This document shows positions 14,914 through 28,356 of a stretch of DNA of 64,000 nucleotides, one piece after another. The stretch covers positions 62,001-126,000 of the forward strand of contig MU271236.1 of NCBI GenBank assembly GCA_021432655.1, given 5' to 3'. Position numbers and translations under genes: made by a program. Position 1 is the first letter of the stretch; every line of letters starts with the position of its first letter. The notes under the pieces were generated by a model. The model saw nothing but the letters and a program-made list of their open reading frames with translations, was not told where the DNA came from and ran no database searches. Source of the DNA: Atractiella rhizophila (Eukaryota).

Positions 14914-17053
14914 ATGTCCACCCCACCAGCGCTCGCAGGGATTCCATCCCAATTCCACCCCTCCGCCGCGACGCCCAACCAGCACGAGCTCTGGTTCTGC
15001 GCCAACTTTCCTTCGCCACCATGTCCACCGACAGGTCCATCCTCCGAAATTATAACCAAGTTCCTCACTGGCGCACAGACAATCATGGGCACCGCGCCTT
15101 TCCTCTGGTTCGTGTCTCACCTCATCACGTGTGAGTGATCATTCATGCGAGTGCGAATACAAATGTAGGCGGCGGATGGATCGACCTCCTGGTTCGTTTT
15201 TGCCTTCCTCACGAAGTGGACTTGACTGACCTACGATTTCCCAACGTTCAGCTGGAACTCTTGCCTTGATAATCTATGCCTCCTCCCTCCCCCTCCCTCC
15301 TGACGGTGTTCGCTATCTGCACGGTCCCAACGCCGAAGTAATAAGCCACAATACTTATTCAGTGGGGAGCATGACTCTTGAGATCGAGTCTCTCACCGCT
15401 CATTCAGCATACCATCCACCGACAACGATTGCTGAGCCGTCGACAGACAGGACGCTATCTCGTTTCCGAAAGCGTTGGAGAATCCGTCCCCAGAGTTCAG
15501 CGGGACAGTTAGGCCTCAACGTCGTCTTTTGGGGACAGGACGAGACTGGGAATGCGCAGGGAATCCCTGGAAATGTTCCTCCGGCGCCGGACAGTTGGAG
15601 CACGGAGGTCATCAGAGAGTATCCTCTGAAGCCAGTCAACGAGAATGCGCACTATTTACAAGCGGGAAGGGCGGCGCAACTCCAACAACAGCAGCACCAA
15701 CAACAAATGGCGCAACAACAACAACAGCAGCAGCAGCAGATGGTGCAACAGCAACAGCAACAGCAACAGCAACTCCCACAATCTCAACATCCGACGACCC
15801 AACAGGTCCTTTCCAATCTAAATCTCTCGGGAGGATCCATCGCGAACTATCCTGCGATGTTGGCCCAGCAATTGCAATCACAACAAGCCCAAGCTCAGAT
15901 GGGCCACAATCCTCTCAGCAACGTCCAACCGTCCATGGTCAGCGCCTTCCTCAAACACCAACACCAACAACAACAACAACAACAACAACTTTCTCACCCC
16001 TCTCTAACAGGACAAGGACATCCCTCCAACCCCATCCCTTCTCTAGCTGGTACACTGAACCCACAACAGCTCGCTGTGTTGGCCCAACAGTACCAGAACC
16101 GACCACCTCAAACTCCCCAATTCGGTCATCCCCATCAACATCCGCATGCGCTTCCACATCAACAACACCAACATTCACTTCCACCACAGCTCCAGGTTGC
16201 CTCTCCTCACCCCTCACTTCAACAAGTCCCAGCCACTCCAAGACAGCAGCTCGCCCTCCAACCCAACATGTCATCGATGTCATCGATGTCCTCCCTCTCT
16301 TCTATGCCCCAAGCTCAGGCGCAGGCGATGCAGCAACAGATGAAAATGAATTTCCTCCAGCAACAGCTGCGACAACAACAACAGCAGCAACAACAACAAC
16401 AACATCAGCTTCAGCTTCAGCATCAACAGCAGCAGCAACAACAACAACTCCCAATGCCACCGCCTCAACTCTCAGGTCCCCAGATGTCCCTCCCCCTACT
16501 CCCGTCCGCCGCTCAAAACATCCAACAAACCGCAGCTCCACATGCCCTAACCCACGCTCATGCTCAACCTCACGCTCCACAAAGGGATCAGCAGGCAGCG
16601 CGAGAGGGACATCCGATGGCTACGATGCTTAATATGAACCTTGGCGGCGCGGCTGGGATGGGAATGGGCATGAATCTCGCCGCACTAGAGGAATGGCATT
16701 TTGACCCGATGGAGGGAGCGTTCGGGAAGGAGCTTGCTGCGAAGAGGTTGACAATGAACATGGCTCTATTGGAGAAGATCTTAGGGCCGGAACACCTGTC
16801 AATGGCTGAGAGGGACATGTTGAAATTGGAAGAAACAGAAAAGGTGGAGGAGGGGGAAGAGGAGAAGAAATTGTCGGACATCTTGTTCCGTGTGCTTTCT
16901 GTCGATGAGGATGTGGGCGATGATTGGATGGATAGGGAGAGAGAGAAGAAGGGGAAGGCGCTGGATGAGATGGTTGTTCAGGTTGAGAAGGAGTTGGAGG
17001 CGGAGGAGAAGAAGGCAGAAAGGTTGGGTAGGTTGTTTGCGGAGCTTAAATAA
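14914..17053 (+). CDS. Ssr4-like SWI/SNF-RSC subunit (DUF1750 N-terminal domain) with long Q-rich region
   Basis: N-terminal FLTGAQTIMGTAPFLW...PPDGVRY...TLEIES...RFRKRWRI pattern resembles the Ssr4 N-domain. It is followed by polyQ tracts and an acidic coiled coil. Introns near 15107-15250. Confidence 0.65.
15682..16446 (+). repeat. CAA/CAG polyglutamine tracts
   Basis: Several imperfect (CAA/CAG)n runs within the ORF. Confidence 0.9.
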
Positions 17054-18651
17054 TGATTCCTTGATTATTTTTTGTGGCGAACTTGTAACGTGTTCTCGTC
17101 GTGTGACTTCTGAGGAAATGGAGGCCTACAATGTCAAACGAATATTTAAAACGTAACAAGCACATCTACAGCACTGCGCACTTAGGTTCAAGTTGTTGTT
17201 ATGAACATTTCAAGCTTCGGTAGTTAGCTCATCACTTTGCACCTCCTCCGAATCACTCAGATGTCCCTATAGTGTGAATTGGCAATGGAAGATACCCCCA
17301 AAAATAGCTACGGCTTCGTTTTCTCAAAGAAATACACGTCGACAAGCATTCATCAATTCTGGGTCAGGCCGGGGAGGAAGGGCGACGTGCAAGATAAATC
17401 GCTGATCTTCTCCATCGCGTTCCATAATCTCGCTACAGGAGCGATGTAACAAAAATAACAAAGAAAGAAACGTTTGCCCACTATTTCATCATCGTCCGTT
17501 CACCTGCTTATGGTACATAGCTGACGCAGTTGACCCCCAATGCAGGAGAAAGGAGCGATAAAGGATGTCGATGAGCACCGAAACCATCATCTTCGCACTG
17601 GAATGCGCGCATGTGTAGCAATCGCGGAATTCCTTCCTAGAAGCGCAACAACCTAACTGGGAACCTTCAACGTTGCTCCAACATTAAGCAGTTATGATCA
17701 GAGTAGGATGCAGAGGGAGAGCAAATCAGACACAGACATCCATGTGAGTTTTTCCAACAAACAATGCTGCATGTGAGCTAAATGAGATGGTTGGAGGAAG
17801 AAATGCATAAAGTCTTGGCGCTTGCTAAATGCACGAGGAAGTTCAGTTAAGGAGCTAAGCAGGATCCAGTTTCCGAAGCTGCCAGTAACTCCATGCTCCA
17901 CGATAACATATCGTTAATAACTACGGCCTTTACAGCTTCTTCGCGAATTTGGAAGGTTGTCTTCATTCACACTTGCGCTGTTGAAGAGGTTGTCGACGGC
18001 GCCTATCGATGATACCACTACTTTGTGATGGTACAGGAGCCGAGTTATCAACCCAGACCGGTTTACTGGGCTTTGCCTTCATTCCGTGCCCTTTCGAATG
18101 TGGTCTTTCACGACAACTGGACACAGCTGATCAAAAGAACCGGACTTCTTCATCATGCTCACCACGGAGCATGAGAGCCAAGACTGCACTAGGTCTGTCT
18201 GTAATTGAGAGCACGCCAACATCCGGAGTTGCGCAATCATCAAAATTTCAATTCAGCGTCGATGCTGAAGATGGGGGACGATAAGCTGAGAAGCATGATG
18301 AATTTGCGTGGTCAAACCCAAACCGAACAAACGCCAAAAAAAATCCCCACTCAATACCAACACTAGTGCAATCCCGCCTCAGGTCTCCGACAGCAACACT
18401 GAGCCTCATCCAAAGCCTCGCACATGAGGTATCATACTTCAGGTATGATCCCCATGGCGTGAGAACGCTGCCCGAGAACGATAGATAGCTGTGCGTATCC
18501 TGCTCATGCGAATACCCGTGTCGTTAACTCTATCAGCCGTACAGATATGTGTCACCAAGTGGGGTGAGGATACATATATAAGACCTCGCTTCTCGAGCAT
18601 CAAAGCTATCAGAACATTCTCGATTTCTCGATATTCTCGATCTGTGACAAC

Positions 18652-20161
18652 ATGGTCTCCAAGCTCCTCCCTTTCGCCCTCGTAGCCGGAGCCTTAGCTG
18701 CCCCCAGCCCCTTCAACGGTACCACTTTGGTCGAGTTCGTATTTTCCTCCCATTTCACATTTTCCCGCCTGGACGAAGTCTCATCACGACATTTACAGTC
18801 GATGCGGTACCCTCATCACCTCTGAAGAACTGGCACAAAATCAGGCCAGCTTCCAGCAAGCCTTGGACAACAAAGGCTTGACTCTCCAGGACTATGCTTC
18901 CGTCGCGAGGGTGAAGACGGCGCCTGGAGCGAGGATCGCTGCTCCCATTAACGTCTGTGAGCTGTATCATTTTTCATACTCTGTAGGGATCTGATAATCT
19001 GATCGCAGACTTTCACAATGTCTATTCCACCAACTCGACCACTGGAGGATATCTGAGCGATTCAGCAATCGCTACACATATGTTCGCACTTTCCCTGCTT
19101 CTGTGGCCTAAACTGAGTCTGCATGTATCTTAGTTCCACCCTCAACGAACAACTCGCAGCAACGGGCACTTCCTACACTCTGGCTGCAATCACGAGGACG
19201 CAGAACTCGAATTGGTTTCGCGGCGCAGGTCCCAACTTGAACACTGGGGCTGAGAACTCGCTAGCTGTCGCCATGAAGACTGGCTTGAGACAAGGTGGAG
19301 CAGCCGATCTGAACTTGTACACCGTTGGATTCCAGGTTTGTTCCTCTCTCCTCAAGGAGAGATGGTGGTGACTAGGGCGTCGTTATAGGGATCCTTGAAC
19401 GGATTGTTGGGATATGCGTGAGCATGTCGTCGGAGGAACTGACGGATTGTTGACATCGGAGTAGTACATTCCCTGAGTGGTATGAGGATGAGCCAGAGTA
19501 CGATGGAGTTGTCTACCGCTATGGTATGATTTACTTCCTTCTCTCCTGCTTCGAGGCTCAATCAGACTCTTCAGATACTGGACCAGGAGGATCTGCTGCT
19601 GTACGCTCTCATATTCATGGACACCATGTTTTGCTGGCCTAACACTAGTATGTACAGCCTTACAATGAAGGCAAGACCCTTGCCCACGAGACCGGACACT
19701 GGCTTGGTCTTTACCACGTTTTCGAAGGCGGATGCACCGGCGATGGCGGTATATACCTTATTCTTCTCATGAACATTCTGATCAATATTATTATACGTCC
19801 AGACTTTGTTGATGATACTCCTCCTCAATCTACAGCTACTTCTGGTTGTCCGGCTTCTCAGGATAGCTGCCCTGGAGGTGGAGTTGATAGCGTATGCTCT
19901 TTCCCTTCTCCACCCCAGTGTAACCACCTGATCCACTGTCTACAGATTCATAACTGTAAGAATTCTGTTTTCGTGGAGAGTTCACAGCTAACTGAATATC
20001 GATGCAAAGACATGGATTACTCTGACGACGCCTGCTTGACGGATTGGAGTGCTGGTCAGATCACAAGGCTCACTGCTGCGTATGAATTTCCATATATTTC
20101 CTCTGCCAAGGCTAACCAACAACCTCATGGCAGCATTGACTTGTACAGGGGAATCTCGTAG
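18652..20161 (+). CDS. Secreted M43 metalloprotease, copy 4 (more diverged subtype)
   Basis: Signal [35 protein letters not shown]; intron positions conserved with copies 1-3. Confidence 0.92.
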
Positions 20162-20952
20162 TGGACATTATGTTGAAAACTTATCTGGGAAACGTGTACA
20201 TGAACCATCTTTTCAACTGTCATTGATAGTTAATATCCAAAGCGGACTTGTTTGCCATCCCATACTCTTGGTTCACAAAGTAGAGTCCGTTAATCAGGTC
20301 TGAGATTGACCTTGCTGCGGGAGTACTTTACCCAAGTCTTCAACTTGTTGACTTGCACATCCCTTGACTCGCTCGTCAAGATCTTCAAGGCATCACAACA
20401 GACATCAGGTACCGGGTACGTAGTATTTCTGTGCTGGGATAGCGCGAGGATTATGTTGGCCCTGTGTTGATTGGATTCTTCAATGAGCCTGGACACAGCT
20501 GACGAATCACGTAACCTTAGCACCCCTATCAATTCACCACCTAACATTTACTCCCCATAGCTGCGAATAGCCAGCAGGGTGGTTAATCCATCAGGACGCG
20601 CAGGCCATACTGGCCCTCGCTCTTCTGACTCCTTGCAGATTTATCTGATCTCTCATGTCTGAGAACTACTTACCTCGTTAGTTAGTCCTGAGCTACTTGC
20701 AATGGCCATGATACGATTTACTTTTGCGATTCACTTTTTCACTTCATACTTTTGTTAATGAAAAAGGAAAGGGAGGCGTGTGTGATCCGGCAACCTATTC
20801 TGCTTTGAGCACGATAGAAAGGCCTGTTATCGCAACATGTCTCGACGCTACGCATTTTTCTAGATCTACGGAATAGGCTTTACCTTCTTCAAGACGCTCT
20901 TTCTCATCGTGATAATGTGACTTAGCTGATAGTTGTTTCAAAGGCAACAGTC

Positions 20953-22608
20953 ATGTCCTCATTGAACTCTCCTACACCAACGGCGCCGCCACCCCTTTTC
21001 CTGCCAATCTCCCATCCACTCGTTTCTCAGGCATTCACTGCGCGGCTCCCTCTTCTTTCTTCTCCCTCATCCAGCTCACTTCTCGCCCGCCTAGGACGGC
21101 TCGCTTCTCCATCTACCTCCTCGTCCCTGTATACAGATTTTCAGGAGTTTGCGGCTCGTTCACCTTCCTCTGATGAAGGGGAAACAGAGAAGACGATCGA
21201 GTCCGCTGTGTTGGAGCATCTGCGGACAGCTTACTTTACTGGCGCTGCTGAAACACTGGATTCCCCGACGGCGGAGGAAGACTTGAAGCAGGAACAGTGG
21301 AAGAGGCTGAAAAGGGATCTCTGGGAGGCTGGAGTGAAGGATCTTATTCCAGAACGAATGAAGGGAGGCGTTTATGGGTCGATGCAACAGAAGTTTTCTC
21401 CTTCATCTCACACCTCCAACTCCAACCTCACCTCTGGGGTCCTCAAATCGGATCTATCTGACTTGTTACAGGTTCTCAAGCTCCTTTGTGCGCCAGTGCG
21501 GGACGACGAGGTTTTATCCCTCATTAGCCATATCTCAGCCTCTAGCAATATCTCAGATCTCGTCACATCCCAACTCCCAAGGCTCTTCACCCTTCTCGAT
21601 CATATGAAGGCAGACATAGAACATTTCGCGATTTCGAGGTCGGCAAAGTTTATGAACAAGAAAGCTTTCGAGAGGTCTCTTGTCGCTGTCGCGAAGGAAA
21701 TGGAGGCCGAAGCAGTGATTGCCATCTACGGCGAGAGGAAGAAGATAAAGGACATATCCATGGCATGGATCAGTCAGGAAGGGGAATGGACTAAGAGCAC
21801 TATCAGGAGAAGAACAGTGCAAATGCTCTTCGAGGATGAACCCGTGTCGCTACCTGTCTTACTGACGGATCATTCATCATCAGGAACCGGGCGTTCTGAA
21901 GAGAATCAACTACCACCCATCTACTTAGTCCCTTCACCGTTCCTCTTTGCTCTTCAGAACGCTGTTCAATCTCTCCTCATTCTCGCTTCCCTTCTGGCGC
22001 TCTTTCCTTCCGTTCCATCCTCATCGGTCGACCGCGTACACACGTTATTGGAGGAGGAAATCCTTGACTCCTTCGCCCTTGCAATCTCATTACCGCGACA
22101 GGGAAACGGAGGTGAGAGGGGAACAAAACTCGCACACCTCGTGGATGAAATCGTTTCATTGGGTCTGGAGGAAAGAGAAGCCGTGAAGGCAAAGGTGGAG
22201 AGGGTGTTGAAATATGAGGATCCGGTGTTTCGACTCTTAAAATCTCGTCTCAGATCCGCACTGGAGGGTTACACTGTTCATACCGTCACACCTAACAACA
22301 ATGCAGGAGTACCGGATAGGATGCAAAGTGGACGCCTGTTAAATGGAGAACTAAGGCTTGAGGGTTCGACCAGTGGAAGTATTGACTTGAACAGCAACAT
22401 GGAGGTGGACGTTCCACCAGCCAAGGGTTTTGAGACGAATTTTTTGAAGGAGCGGATCAAAGCATGGGCAGGCGATTGCGAGACGGTTGTTGCTTGGGCA
22501 TGGGCAGTCTGGGTTCGTCCTGTCCCCAAAGATACAAAAACTATAAAGAGCTCACCATATCGTAAGGGAGGCATAGAAAGGAACTCAAACCACGTTATGA
22601 CTCAGTAA
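20953..22608 (+). CDS. TCP11/Sok1-family protein
   Basis: 551-aa uninterrupted ORF with LCAPVRDDEV and LDHMKADI motifs typical of the T-complex 11 domain. Confidence 0.7.
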   Translation: MSSLNSPTPTAPPPLFLPISHPLVSQAFTARLPLLSSPSSSSLLARLGRLASPSTSSSLYTDFQEFAARSPSSDEGETEKTIESAVLEHLRTAYFTGAAETLDSPTAEEDLKQEQWKRLKRDLWEAGVKDLIPERMKGGVYGSMQQKFSPSSHTSNSNLTSGVLKSDLSDLLQVLKLLCAPVRDDEVLSLISHISASSNISDLVTSQLPRLFTLLDHMKADIEHFAISRSAKFMNKKAFERSLVAVAKEMEAEAVIAIYGERKKIKDISMAWISQEGEWTKSTIRRRTVQMLFEDEPVSLPVLLTDHSSSGTGRSEENQLPPIYLVPSPFLFALQNAVQSLLILASLLALFPSVPSSSVDRVHTLLEEEILDSFALAISLPRQGNGGERGTKLAHLVDEIVSLGLEEREAVKAKVERVLKYEDPVFRLLKSRLRSALEGYTVHTVTPNNNAGVPDRMQSGRLLNGELRLEGSTSGSIDLNSNMEVDVPPAKGFETNFLKERIKAWAGDCETVVAWAWAVWVRPVPKDTKTIKSSPYRKGGIERNSNHVMTQ

Positions 22609-22868
22609 CAGCTGCGCTCCTTGAGCCTTCACTCCTACAACGTGGGAGCGACGTAAACGATTCTAGCATCCTGCTGTACTTTAGAGAAAGCAAAGAGTTT
22701 GATTGCTTGATTGTTGATTGTTGTACGAAAGGAATAGAAGTACAATGTGTCCTGATAATACAAACGGCGTGGATCGTGATGCGTTCTCCACTGGCTCAAT
22801 GCACTGCAAACGACGATTATGCAATCCAAATGCAACTCCAAAAACGTATTTCAAGAAATGAGTAGTGT

Positions 22869-25800
22869 TTAAGCCATGTTCCTCATGTGCTGGAGATTGT
22901 TGGCAATTTGTTCGATCGCTGATAAACGATTAAATTCCTCGATGAGCCCGTCCAAATCTTCATCCTTCCAGTCAGCCAGTTTCTTGAATCTCTCGCCTGC
23001 AACCGAAGTCCCAGGCATGGGGAAGGAAAGTGGCTCCTCACCCGGTTCAATCCCTTCTTTATGAAACCTTTCCTCCAGAGTCATATTGGATCGCATCTGT
23101 CGAGCATGTTGTTCTGGTTGAACTTCACTCTGCTGAGTAGGAAACTGTAACTCTGGTGGGCTTTTCTTCAGTATTTCGTCGATGATCATCCTCCTCTGTT
23201 GAACATCATCGACACCTTCAAGTTCTGTTGAGAGCCTATAATGGTTTGTAAGCCATTTGAGCGTCAACCTCTGAAGCTCGCGAAGGGAAAGAGGGCTTGG
23301 ATCGGAAGAACCAAAACGGCGTAGACGGAGACGGATGGGTGGTTTCACGAACCTGTACAGCAAGCTTCCAACGGTAAATTCAGGATTTGGTTCATGTCCA
23401 CCCTGACCATACTGGTTTGCAGCAACCTGAGCTTGAGCAGCTTCCTTAGCGGCCCGATACTGCGCCAGCTGCTTCACCATGGCAGCCCCAGCATCACCCA
23501 TCGATTCTTTCTTACCATCGCCATTCTTCACAGTTTTCCCCCATCGCTCCGCGTGCTCTGTCGCATCTGCACCACGACTAGGACCAAATAAGCCACGGAT
23601 CGAGAGTTTGCGCTTTCGTAAGCCATTACCATTGGACGATGGACCGGGAGTAGAGATTTTTCGCTGTTTCGTCTTCTCTGGTTTAGGGCGGCGCGGGAGG
23701 GGCATTGGCAGGGGCTGCTGAGGTATCCAGCTGTCCACATTGAAAGGTCTATCGGTTATGACACTCGAATGGATGGACGGCGCCGGTTCTGTAACCTTGA
23801 CCATCCCACGACTTCGATCCTTGTTCTTCTCCTTCTTGCTCCGCTTGCCTTGCCGCTCTGGAACCGCGGAAGCCGAGGAAGCTTTTCGGAGTTGATGGGA
23901 GGGGCGGCGGGAGTTTGGAAGTGTCACCGGAGTCTCGGTTGAGGAAGCATCAGACGACGGGGTAGAAGCCGTACGACGGAACAACTCTTCTCTCTCTGCA
24001 AGGATCTGCTCCATCATCTCGAGCAGTGCGCGCTTCTTCTCCGCACGGGAAAGCCTTCGTTGCCGCTTCTCCTCTGCTTTTGCATCCCATTCTGGCCTGG
24101 CGGGTTGTTCCATAAACTCTTCTTCACACTGCTGCTCCATCTGATCCGGAGTATCGAACATATGAGGATCAAAATTATTTGGAGATATCGGGTCGTCCGC
24201 ATCGTGAGTCGGTTGAACATGCCCAAATGAGGGTTGGAAGAATTGTCGCTGTTGATTAACCTGGTGTTGCTCGTTGATTTGCTGCTGCAACCGTTCCACC
24301 TCATGCTGCATCTCACTCTCCTTCCTCATCCTCTCCTCTAATTGCATCCTCACCAGTTCCTCCTTCTCCCTCTCCTTCATCTCTCTCGCCCTCCTCTCCG
24401 CTCTCTCCGCCTCCCTCCTCTCTTCCCGCTGAATCTCCAAAAGGGTCACTTGACCCTTCAACAATTCCAACTCTTTCGTCAAGAAGCGGACACCTTCAAG
24501 AACAGTTTTGTATTCGGACCCCGTTTTGCCCTGCGATTGCTGCATGAGCTGATAAAGCCTAGCCATTGACTCGAGCAGGCTTGTCTGCACGTCTTTCACT
24601 CGGTTCGTGGCTAATAGGGTGCCATTGAGGTTAGGATTACAAAGAAAGGCAGGGCAGCACGCACCATCACTGTAGGTGTGTACAGCTGTGTTGATCTCCC
24701 TCAACTCGTCAGCATGTACCGCTGCCCCTTCTCGATAAGCACGCAGGATCTCATCACTTGTTGCCCTCTCAGATGAGATTACGCCTGGTGTGTACTACAC
24801 CTCTCTTTAGCTCTAATCAAGATACAACGCTCAAGACGAACCGCTGCATCGGCGCGCTTACCAGCCATCCCATAGTCGTCGTGCTATGGCAACATCAGTA
24901 ACAGGGCTAAGATGGGCGAATGCATCCAAAGACTCACTCCTTCGTCTCTGCTGTCATTCCTCATCATTCTCCCTTCATCTCTGCTGTCATTCCTCATCAT
25001 TCTCCCTTCATCTCTGCTGTCATTCCTCATCATTCTCCCTTCGTCCCTACTGTCATTCCTTATCATCCTCCCTTCGTTCCTACTTTCATTCCTCGTCAGC
25101 CTCCCATCGGTCCTACTCTCCTTCCTATTCAACGTCAACGTGGTCCTACTGAGCGCCGCCTCCCTCTCCTTTAAATTCTCCAACCTACTATCCGCCCTCT
25201 CGCTCTCTTCCTTAACAGTCCCCAGTGGGAGGCTCTCCTTCCTCTTCCTTCCCCACGTAAACAGCCTCTTCAAACTCATTGCTCGCTTCGCCACAGTAGC
25301 CACATCCTCTCCCCCGCCACCTCCTTCTGCCTTCACCCTTTCCTTCTCAGGTGGGTACTCGCCAGGTACAGCAGGAGTAGACACGAAGTGATTCGAAGCT
25401 CGACCCTCCGGTATCCAATCCCGCTCCTCTGCTCCCGACGCTGGAGGAAAGACTCCATCGGCGTACCGATGCATCTGCGAGTCCAATGAGAACTTTGGGA
25501 ACTCCAGTGCATTCTGTCCGACCGGAGACATTCTCAAATCCTCCTCCACCCTCCTGACGGCTGTCGGCATCCTGTTCAGCCCGTTCCCAGCCCCAGCGAA
25601 GTCAATATGGGCAGCCCTCTCTTGTTCAAGTTCATCCCTCCCCTCCCTACCCATCGTAAGAGGTAAGGAAAGCCGAGAGGTAGACCCCAATCTGGCAGAT
25701 CCGAACCTTGCCGTCTGACGCGTTGGCGTTATCGAATCCCTTCCGCCTCCAGCCCCAGCTCCGAATCCGAAACGGCCACGAGAGGGGGTATTCGAATCGC

Positions 25801-27313
25801 GCTCGTCCATGCCGAAAGGAACGCTGCTAGCCCTACTGTGGATGGTATCGGTCACGCTCGAGAAGCTCAATGGGCTTCCGGTGCCTATCGTCTCCCCAAA
25901 TCCGCTCGCCGATTCAGTGATTGTTCCAAGTCCATTCGTGATAGGAATGAGCGCTCGATTCCTCAACATCTCCTTCATGTCCTCTAGCGCCTCATGGAGA
26001 CCGTCCACCTCCATTCCTCCAGCCTGAGAGAAAGCAGTGGATGGCAACGACCACCCACTGTGCACCTTGCCTGTCGTTCCTCGCGTCGGGACCTCCTGTG
26101 CGGTCCAGAGGAAATGAGAACAGAGAGCGCAGGAGGGAGAGGAGGTCCCTAGGTAAGGAAATATGAAAGCGTTCCTCGGCGCGTGATGGGAAAGGAAGAC
26201 GAAGGCGGTAATCTCGGGATGTACCCTGGATGAGAGGGAGAGGGTCGTCTCGAAACGTTTGGCGATCTCGCTGAAGTTCGCAGCAGCACGATTTATATAT
26301 CGATGGATTGTCTGGACTGTGGGCGGGAGGGAGAGAAGGGAGAGAAGCGGAGAGAGCGACAGTGGAGTAGGCTTTGCAAGGGGCGGGGAGGTGGGGATGA
26401 TATGTATTTGAACGCCGGGAAGGGAGGGTAGGATCTTGATCATCGTCTGATGCGCACCACGGAGCCTGGAAAGAGCACAAATAGACTCCCAGACCTTCAG
26501 ATAAGGCTTCTCACGACTGTGGAGCGCAAAATATTCTCTCATTGCCTTCGAAGTGGTGAACTCGTAAGCCAAGACGATAAGTTCACCTGTCGTCCTTTCC
26601 TCATTATTAATGGAGGCGTAGAAGGATTGTAAACCCTTGAAGATGGGAGAAGGATGTTTAGTCTCGTAAGGCTGACCCAAGAGCAGACCTAAGCTTCCAA
26701 GGACGTTAGGAAGTAAAGCGACTGTGAGATCTGGACAGGCATAATCGAGGATAGCGTCCCAAAAGAGCTCTTTGGCAGTTACGTCAGCCGCTGCGGAGAA
26801 AAGCTGATACTCCTCCAACCTCCTCAAGAAGGCTTCATCCCTCCCAACTATCTCTCTTCCCTCGACGGCAATCCACACGCCGTTGTCTACCAATGCTGTG
26901 ACAACGGTGCGTTGAATGGCCAGGATCTCGGCGAGACGGTCGAGGAACTTTCGGCGGAGCTTGTCGGATCGCGAAGGGGTTTTGGACATGGCACGGGATG
27001 AGGAGGGAGGGAAGATCTGGCCGCCATTTCTGAAGGAGTGGAGAGTGATGAGGGAGGCGAGGAGGGGATCCATGGAGTCCTGAGAGGAGGATTGCAAGGC
27101 TGGATGGTCGGTGAAAGGGTATGCGCCAGCTACAGACGAATATGGATCCTGGTCGGATGGATATTCGTCCGATATTGGGAGTTGGTGGGCGAGTTGTGAC
27201 GGAGATAGGTACGAAAGCTGGTGATTGTATGGCGGATAGGCTGAACCTTGGTCGTTGGAATCAGCGCCAGGATATTGGGCATAGTTTGCCCTTGTGTGCT
27301 TGCCATCCATCAT
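22869..27313 (-). CDS. Large (about 1400 aa) protein: OTT_1508-like Zn-dependent deaminase domain plus repeat and coiled-coil C-terminal half
   Basis: VHPEI...YLGTSSPSCALC...TRGTTGKVHSGWSLP motif set. The 809-aa and 611-aa ORFs join in frame through GT-AG introns near 24935-24884, 24861-24786 and 24664-24613 (EG/HDDYGMA/GVISSERA...YSD/ATNRVKD). Confidence 0.7.
24937..25125 (-). repeat. 33-nt coding tandem repeat (RMMRNDSRDEG), about 5-6 copies
   Basis: Unit ctcccttcatctctgctgtcattcctcatcatt repeated, with increasing divergence toward 25125. Confidence 0.92.
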
Positions 27314-28356
27314 TCGCTCGATGTTTGGCTTGACGTTGGGCGTATTTTGAGATGTTGGGCGATAACCAAATAGATCCAGCTTGTCAATCTTTCGTCTCAG
27401 CGATCGTTCCGTCCGTTTTTCGCCGTTTACTGGTGCTGCAATCCCCCAAAGTCAACCACCACGAACACTTCATTGGACGGTCATGCCTTCGCTGCCAACA
27501 AGCCTCCAAGCTCACAGGAAAGTCCTCCAAAAGACAGTCCACGTTCCTTCGTTTCTGTCGTCAATAGTCGCACTAAGGCTACTTCAATAGGCCTAAACTC
27601 TTCACTTCTGGTTAGAGCAGTGATGTCTCTTCCAGTGCCCAATGGGCCGACGGCCCTGATCTTGGATTTGATTTGGTCACGGTCGTTTTCTGCATCGGCG
27701 TTTTGTCGGCGACAAGGAACAAGCAAATAAGCACAATCGCCATCCTCCACTCGCTCAAGTCAAACAACCAACTTTGCTTCTTCAGCTCTCACAGGGCAGG
27801 GCGACGCGTTAGATAGTTAGACACTGGTGGTATCGATTTCCCAGAGGCATTAAGATATTGGAGACTGGGAACGAGAAAGAGAACGCGGTATGTCTCGAGT
27901 TTGTCACAATTCATGGGGATCGCATCTAGTCATTTTCTTCCAAGCGTGAATTTGTGTGTAAACTGTCTTGCTATAGTGAGCATCTCCAGGAGTGCCATCA
28001 GTCAACTTGATGCGCAACAAAATCTGCATAGAAGCCGTGCACATATGCTATTCATTTTGTCTCTCTGGATCGTCGATTGGCAGTAATGGCGAGGAGTCGC
28101 GCCTGCTGCATTCCAACTGTACACGACTTGGTCTCTTCATTACCCGAGAACGAATGCATGTGCATCAGTCAGGCTGGTTTCTCTTTGTGAGAGCCTTGAG
28201 CAGATGCTGAGGGTAGAAAAAATGCTGATCTAGCAGTTGGCTCAAAAACCAGACAAGTTGATACGGATAATGAAACCTTTACCTAAAGCTGTCGATGGCA
28301 ATGTCCTTCGCTCCACTGACTGACACCATGCCTCCGTCACAGTTTTTGGCACAAAG

